Origin: Clostridia bacterium
Lineage (GTDB): Bacteria; Bacillota; Clostridia; TANB77; RGIG9151
NCBI GenBank assembly: GCA_017934955.1
Contig: JAGBIO010000034.1
Coordinates: forward strand, 2,123-66,122
DNA: 64,000 nucleotides
Reading direction: 5' to 3'
The notes beneath the pieces are model-generated. The model had not been told where the DNA came from, did not search any database, and worked only from the letters and a program-made list of their open reading frames with translations. A program made the translations under genes and the position numbers. This document shows, in pieces, positions 58,680-64,000 of this stretch (position 1 is the first letter of the stretch; every line of letters begins with the position of its first letter).

Positions 58680-59603
58680 ATGAGAACTCATGTGTTGGTA
58701 GCGATTGGAATTATGGTTTTATTGACGGCTTGCGGTATGCAGAATACACAGGATGATGCGACGAAGCAAGTTGAGGAACTTACGAAGCAGGCGTTTTTAT
58801 TGAATGAGAATAAAAAGGCGTTTATGGCGGAGTTATCGCAGGAATCGATAGAGGATCTTTTCTTTCAGATAAAGGATGAAAACGATAATTTAACTGCTTT
58901 GAGCGAGTTTTATGGTTCGGTTACCGAAGGTTTGACGGATAACGATAAGGGACAAAAGGTGAATTGCTATAAGTTGCCGGTAACGATTACTTTTTCCGGT
59001 AATGAGAGTTTGATTAAGGAGTTCTTGGATGCGTTACAGAAGCTTGATGTTGCTGTGGCGATGAATAAATTTGATGTGACGGAGGAGAACGGCGAGTATC
59101 GTGTTGATTGCTTGATTAGTTTTATCGGAACTTCTGCGAAAGCGGGAGTTGGCGGCAGTTCAAATTCTTTTTCTTTGGTGAAGAAGGATAAGGCGGTGAA
59201 AGAGGAAGAAGAAATTGTTTTACGGGATTTTGATGTGAATTTGACAATTCGACCGAGTAATTCGGATGCAGCGGCGGTTACGCTTTCTACCGAAAGCGGA
59301 AAATCCTTGACAAGAGATGAAAATGAAGAAACGGATGTGAAGGTAAGTTTTTATAAAGAGGAAAGCCAATTTTATTGTCAATATTCGGTTGGAGGACAGA
59401 CGCAAACGGATAAAATCACGGTTGGCGATAAGGTGAAGTTTGATGTTTTGAGTTGTAAGCGGAAATTAGATACGGATCAAATAAAGGTTAATTTGACGAT
59501 AGAGAATCGCTTGGAGAAAGCGGTGAGCGTGATTGTTTATAATGATTTGGACGGACGTGTGAAGATTACGAAGTCGGGAAGTGTTGAGGTGGAGAAAAAA
59601 TGA
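58680..59603 (+). CDS. Lipoprotein of unknown function, pilus-cluster associated.
   Basis: Lipobox LLTAC. Confidence 0.4.
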   Translation: MRTHVLVAIGIMVLLTACGMQNTQDDATKQVEELTKQAFLLNENKKAFMAELSQESIEDLFFQIKDENDNLTALSEFYGSVTEGLTDNDKGQKVNCYKLPVTITFSGNESLIKEFLDALQKLDVAVAMNKFDVTEENGEYRVDCLISFIGTSAKAGVGGSSNSFSLVKKDKAVKEEEEIVLRDFDVNLTIRPSNSDAAAVTLSTESGKSLTRDENEETDVKVSFYKEESQFYCQYSVGGQTQTDKITVGDKVKFDVLSCKRKLDTDQIKVNLTIENRLEKAVSVIVYNDLDGRVKITKSGSVEVEKK

Positions 59604-60406
59604 GGCATTCAGAGCGAGGCTTTACTTTAGTGGAAGTTGTGGCGGCACTGGTATTGCTTGCTATTGTTGGGATTCCGTTGGCGAATGTTTTTATGGATTC
59701 TTTTAAGACTCAGGCAAGAGGACAGAAAAAAACAGAAGTGAATAAGGTGGCACAGTTTGTTGCGGAACAGTTAAAGGATGGAAAGAATTATTATGGAATT
59801 GATAGCTTAGACCTTACGATAGATAGGACGGTAACGAAGAAGAGCGAAGATATTTTATCGGATATCGGGACGTTAACCGAACCGTACGATATTGTGATTG
59901 AGGTTAAAAGTGAAGAGGTGGGACAGGATATCAGTGGAAATACGCCGACGGAGTTTGCGTATACGATTGAAACGGATGGTACGTTGTTTAACATAACGGA
60001 GGGAAGTGCAGAACATTCCGGTTTTTCGATTACTTGCTCGGATTTTATTATTCGAACGAGTGAGGATAACAATCAAGATGCTACTTACGATATTTTAATT
60101 GAGAATATCAGCGATAGTCAGGAGGCGACGTTTCAGATAGATAAGAGAACGCCGTCTGCTTTGAATATTTATACAAAGGGAAAGCAGAAAGTGAATTTAA
60201 AGGGATATCCGGAGAATCGATTGTCGAGAGAATATACTTCTTTTAAGACGTTTCATTTGGGAAAGAAGGACAGTGTTTCCAGTAAGAGTGAGGATTTTTA
60301 TAATGCAACGATTACGGTTACTTCTCGAGTGGATGAGACGATTCGGGCGAGTATGAATACGACTTTTACGATTCAAAGGGAAAAGGAAGAAAGCGGGACA
60401 CAATAA
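59600..60406 (+). CDS. Minor pilin (prepilin-type N-terminal cleavage and methylation domain).
   Basis: Carries ERG/FTLVEVVAALVLLAIVGIPL. Confidence 0.6.
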   Translation: MRHSERGFTLVEVVAALVLLAIVGIPLANVFMDSFKTQARGQKKTEVNKVAQFVAEQLKDGKNYYGIDSLDLTIDRTVTKKSEDILSDIGTLTEPYDIVIEVKSEEVGQDISGNTPTEFAYTIETDGTLFNITEGSAEHSGFSITCSDFIIRTSEDNNQDATYDILIENISDSQEATFQIDKRTPSALNIYTKGKQKVNLKGYPENRLSREYTSFKTFHLGKKDSVSSKSEDFYNATITVTSRVDETIRASMNTTFTIQREKEESGTQ

Positions 60407-60540
60407 ATTGTGTCCGTACGGATAGAGAGTGTGTCCACAGAAAGGGCAGAAAATAGGACAGCATGAATGCTGTCCGTACGGATAGAGAGTGTGTGTAGGG
60501 ACACAATTTATTGTGTCCACAGAAAGGGCAGAAAGCAGGA
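60395..60540. repeat. REP cluster (B, A, B).
   Basis: Reads gggacacaataaattgtgtccgtacggatagagagtgtgtcc... ggacagcatgaatgctgtccgtac ... gtagggacacaatttattgtgtccac. Confidence 0.9.
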
Positions 60541-60568
60541 AAGATAGAATGATGTGGAAGGAGTTTGC

Positions 60569-63121
60569 ATGAAAAGGCAAGAACGTGGATCGATTTTAAC
60601 GAGTGTAATATTGATGGTTCTTGTTATGACACTGATTGGGGTGCCATTACTTGGCATGGTTGTGTATAATTATCGGTTGCGTGAGATGGATAATACGTTA
60701 AGAAGTTCGGAGTATGAAGCGGAAATGGCGATGGATCGAATCTATTTGGTGATTCGTGAGACGGTGATTAATGCGATTGAGTATGCGAAGAGTAATGCGA
60801 CGCAGGCGGTTAATGCGACTTCGGAATTGCAGAGAACGCAGTATGCTGCATTACGTGCGGAATATGAGGATCTTTGGATTAAAGCGAGTGATAATCATAA
60901 TCAAAATATTGCAGAGATGATTCCGGATTTGGGAGTTTCGTCGGAGGAGATAAAAAATCAGTTGAAGAATGCTGCGACTTTGCAGGAGGCAAAAGAAATT
61001 TATTTAAATTATCAGTTAAATCGAAGACTTTCGGAAATTCATGATGGGGAATTGGAATCGGATATTATGAGTCCGTTATATGTCGGTTCGGTGGTGAATT
61101 CGGAAGACGGAATGATTAATGATGCGAATTTAAAACTTGCGTATAATAAGGTCTTTCAATATCATTATCAAGATTATTTTCAAAATACGGTTACATTGCA
61201 GGATGGCACGACGGATGAATTTAGTAATGTACTTAATCAGATTAATAAAGAGGAAAATTATACTTCGATTTCGGCGGATGCCATTGAAATTATTACAGAT
61301 GGAAGTGATGTGACAAAGGATTCTTATTTAAAAATCACGGCTAATTTGACGGATGAAGATCCGTTGGACGATATATTAAACGTTAATGCACGTGTCGATT
61401 TTCGAAGAAATAAGACAACACTTCCTACATATATTTCGTCTACCTTTGTGGTTGGAACGCCGGAATTTGATTCGGTTACCAATATTGAACAGCAGCCGGT
61501 TGCGTTAAGTAACCCGATCACCAATCAGGGAGTTACGGTTGGCGGAACGTTAAATGTAATGAATAATACGCATTTGGAAGTTGCGAATGATATTACGGTG
61601 ACGACATATAATGAGGCTTCGGGAGAAGATGTAGATAATGGTATTGTTTTATATGAGGGCGCTACCTTGATTGCGAAGGAGAACGGAGGTACGAGTGATT
61701 CGAGAATTGCCGTTAATGGGGATGTGGTGATGAAAAACGGATCGGAACTTAGTACGGGAACGAATCCGTTTTATTACAGAAATTTATATGTGGGACAGGC
61801 GAGTGATAGTGAGAGTGCGAAATATACGATTCGCTTTAATGGAAATGTAGTGGCGAAAGATGATTTGGAATTGAATACGGATGGAGAGGTTACGGTTACA
61901 CAAGCTACCGAAGCTAATTATTACGGATTTAACGATATAAACGATGAGGGACCGGATGCGAGCAGTGCTATTGTGGTGAATTCGGATAAATTGGAGAAAA
62001 AGACGTTGCAATTCGGGAATTTATATCTTGCGGGAAGAGCGTTTATTGATGGGGCGGTAAGCGAGAGAAGAAATCTGATACCGGATTCTGCAGGAGATTA
62101 TATTATTAATGAGAATGGAGAGCCTGTGAAGGTTGCTGCGGGAAGTGGTACGCATCGTAATGAGGATATTGTGTATAAAACCGGAGAGAGTATCGCTATT
62201 CGAGGCAATTATTTGGCGTATCAGACACCACTATATGATAATACGACTTATACGGCGGATAAAGTGAAGTATTCTACTTATTTTATTAAGAATAAGTCGG
62301 GGGATTACGGAAAAAGTGAAGTACCGATTCATTTGGCGGATTCCTTTATTAAAGCGGATAATATTTATAATAGTGATGATTACAGTAGCTTTGATACGCA
62401 AAATAAATGGGAATATTTTATGCAGTATGCTTCAGAGTATGCGGATATTTTAAAACGATTAAAGGTGACGGCGACGGTAAAATATATGATTGGAACCGGA
62501 TTTAATGCAAGTAAAAACGTTATTCTTCCTGTTACGCCGACGAATACAGCCTTTAAGGATAATTTGGCGGTGGAGTATGAGAAATATACGCAGTATTTCG
62601 GATATCGTCCGATTGGGGAGGATGGAAAACCGGATACGACAAAGGCAAAGACGCGAATTTTCGGAGAAAACGGCTGGATAAAAACGAATTCCGGTCTTTC
62701 TTCTAAGACGACGGGAGATTATCGACTGATTTATGATATGGATGCAGGAAAAACGACTAAAATTACTTTGGCAGGCAGTAATAATAAAGGCATTATTATT
62801 TGCAGAGGGAATTTAGAGATTACCGTTTCGGATAATGCTACGTTTTCAGGAATGATTGTGGTTGGTGGAAATCTTACCGTTACCGGTGGTGGTACTTTAC
62901 ATTTGGCGGATGCGAAGGAGGAAAATATTAATACCATTATTCAAAATTATTTAGGGAAGAACTCTGAGGAAACGGGAAGTAACGGCGGACTTTATGAGAT
63001 TTTTGAATATGATAATTCCGGTACGACGTATGTTGTGACGGAGGTAAATGATACGTTTATTAACGTGAATGATTTAATCAATATTACAAATTGGAAGAAA
63101 CAGAATGTCGGAAGAGTGTAA
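60569..63121 (+). CDS. Large PilX-like minor pilin or pilus tip-associated protein (851 aa).
   Basis: PilX_N-like N-terminus reads QERGSILTSVILMVLVMTLIG. GGAAGGAG RBS present. Confidence 0.5.
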   Translation: MKRQERGSILTSVILMVLVMTLIGVPLLGMVVYNYRLREMDNTLRSSEYEAEMAMDRIYLVIRETVINAIEYAKSNATQAVNATSELQRTQYAALRAEYEDLWIKASDNHNQNIAEMIPDLGVSSEEIKNQLKNAATLQEAKEIYLNYQLNRRLSEIHDGELESDIMSPLYVGSVVNSEDGMINDANLKLAYNKVFQYHYQDYFQNTVTLQDGTTDEFSNVLNQINKEENYTSISADAIEIITDGSDVTKDSYLKITANLTDEDPLDDILNVNARVDFRRNKTTLPTYISSTFVVGTPEFDSVTNIEQQPVALSNPITNQGVTVGGTLNVMNNTHLEVANDITVTTYNEASGEDVDNGIVLYEGATLIAKENGGTSDSRIAVNGDVVMKNGSELSTGTNPFYYRNLYVGQASDSESAKYTIRFNGNVVAKDDLELNTDGEVTVTQATEANYYGFNDINDEGPDASSAIVVNSDKLEKKTLQFGNLYLAGRAFIDGAVSERRNLIPDSAGDYIINENGEPVKVAAGSGTHRNEDIVYKTGESIAIRGNYLAYQTPLYDNTTYTADKVKYSTYFIKNKSGDYGKSEVPIHLADSFIKADNIYNSDDYSSFDTQNKWEYFMQYASEYADILKRLKVTATVKYMIGTGFNASKNVILPVTPTNTAFKDNLAVEYEKYTQYFGYRPIGEDGKPDTTKAKTRIFGENGWIKTNSGLSSKTTGDYRLIYDMDAGKTTKITLAGSNNKGIIICRGNLEITVSDNATFSGMIVVGGNLTVTGGGTLHLADAKEENINTIIQNYLGKNSEETGSNGGLYEIFEYDNSGTTYVVTEVNDTFINVNDLINITNWKKQNVGRV

Positions 63122-63265
63122 CTTAGGCAAGAATGTCTCCCGCCGCTAAGGCAGCGGGTTCCATTTTTCCTTCAGAGTGGGACACAATCCCCCACTGAAG
63201 GACAGGCGACAAAAGTCGCCTGCTTGCCACGATGAATGACGGGGCAAGCCCTTATTGGAGAGGTG
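63122..63265 (+). other. GC-rich, highly structured ~145-nt intergenic element (candidate cis-regulatory RNA or sRNA).
   Basis: At least four strong hairpins are visible: CCTTCAGAGTGGG/CCCACTGAAGG, CAGGCGAC-AAAA-GTCGCCTG, GCTTGCC/GGCAAGC and CCCGC.../...GCGGG. Its GC content is far above the neighbouring sequence. Confidence 0.4.
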
Positions 63266-63272
63266 ATTGTGT

Positions 63273-63815
63273 ATGCGGTCGGATGAAAAAGGAATTACGA
63301 TGGTGGAATTGATTATCGTTATGGCTATGTTTTTTGTGGTTTTGCCGTTGATTTGGAATTATATTAACGGCGCGATTGAGGATTCGGCAAATGTGAGTAA
63401 CAAAATGGTGGTTCAAACTACGGTGAATCAGTTGATGAATAATATGCAGCAGAATGTTCAGGAGGCGAGTATGCCGGTGACTTATTCGAGCGCTGATTTG
63501 GAAGGAAAGGAAAATGAAAGTGGAGGCAGTATTGAAATTCGGAAACCGGGAGGGATTACCGCGACTTATACCTACGACCCTGATACCGCAACGGTGAAGT
63601 ATGAGATGGAGGATGCGGAGGATAATCTTTTGGATTCTGCAGAGTATGGAAATATTGCAGAGTTTATTGTGAAGCGTATGTCGAGTAATGTGGATTCGGA
63701 AAGCGGAGAAGATTTGATGAAAGTAAATGGGCTTAAGATTACGATTACGGGAAGAATTGATAAGAAGTCAAATTATTCTTTGTCGAATGAGTATTATACG
63801 AGAAATACAATTTAG
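63273..63815 (+). CDS. Minor pilin or pseudopilin.
   Basis: Carries EKG/ITMVELIIVMAMFFVVLPL. GGAGAGG RBS present. Confidence 0.55.
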   Translation: MRSDEKGITMVELIIVMAMFFVVLPLIWNYINGAIEDSANVSNKMVVQTTVNQLMNNMQQNVQEASMPVTYSSADLEGKENESGGSIEIRKPGGITATYTYDPDTATVKYEMEDAEDNLLDSAEYGNIAEFIVKRMSSNVDSESGEDLMKVNGLKITITGRIDKKSNYSLSNEYYTRNTI

Positions 63816-63857
63816 AAGAAGGGCAGCTTGAGTGGCTGCCTTTAAAATTGGTGAGGG

Positions 63858-64000
63858 ATAGAATTAGGACACAATTTATTGTGTCCACAGAAAAGGCAGA
63901 AAGCAGGACAGCATGAATGCTGTCCGTACAAATCGCGTTTTATCGATATTTTTTGAATTGTAGCTATAGAAGGCAGGAACACTGTAGGGACAGCATTTAT
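63858..64000. repeat. REP cluster (B, A, then a partial A at the window edge).
   Basis: Read directly. Confidence 0.85.

Overview
This 64-kb window looks like a low-GC Firmicutes chromosome, probably a spore-forming member of Clostridia. Supporting this, it carries SpoIVB, BofA and a YaaL-like gene, plus SLH and Listeria-Bacteroides-repeat surface proteins and a type IV pilus cluster. Housekeeping genes are aspS, dapA, ychF, ispG, coaD, ligA, gatCAB, miaB and mutS. Also present are a ComEC C-terminal fragment, an ABC-F ATPase, DacB, a TrmH-family methyltransferase, a GT28 glycolipid synthase, and a GtrB-like GT2. The dominant feature is one family of REP-like palindromes in two sequence types: GGACAGCAT-NN-ATGCTGTCC and GGACACAAT-NN-ATTGTGTCC. 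Each has a 5' GTAG or GTAC tetranucleotide, and they usually sit as inverted pairs joined by an AGGCAG-containing linker. I counted about 60 copies, in nearly every intergenic region. Some intergenic regions hold tandem arrays, two separate clusters lie inside the gatCAB operon, and others sit between several pilus genes. A solitary IS200-like HuH gene (MPNHVHLL motif) at 46327..46821 is bracketed by these REPs. I read this as a REP/RAYT system (REPtron) active in this genome. Some REP doublets sit inside larger MITE-like units with GTTAC...TCAGACT terminal inverted repeats. Other notable items are a cyclic-beta-1,2-glucan-synthase-like gene in two ORFs separated by an 86-bp REP insertion, a G10 tract in a leader ORF upstream of a large surface protein, three perfect 240-bp tandem repeats inside that surface-protein gene, a ~125-bp duplicated 3' gene fragment plus terminator flanking that surface-protein module, and a HEPN gene with an amber codon at the conserved Trp. 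There is also a decayed mobile island holding an IS256 fragment, a vWA fragment and integrase remnants. Finally, the prepilin peptidase is truncated and followed by REPs, and a GC-rich structured element lies inside the pilus cluster. The pilus cluster contains pilC, three pilins, pilMN, pilO and pilX-like genes, but no assembly ATPase lies in the window. Three toxin-antitoxin pairs are also present: two HepT/MNT and one RelBE.
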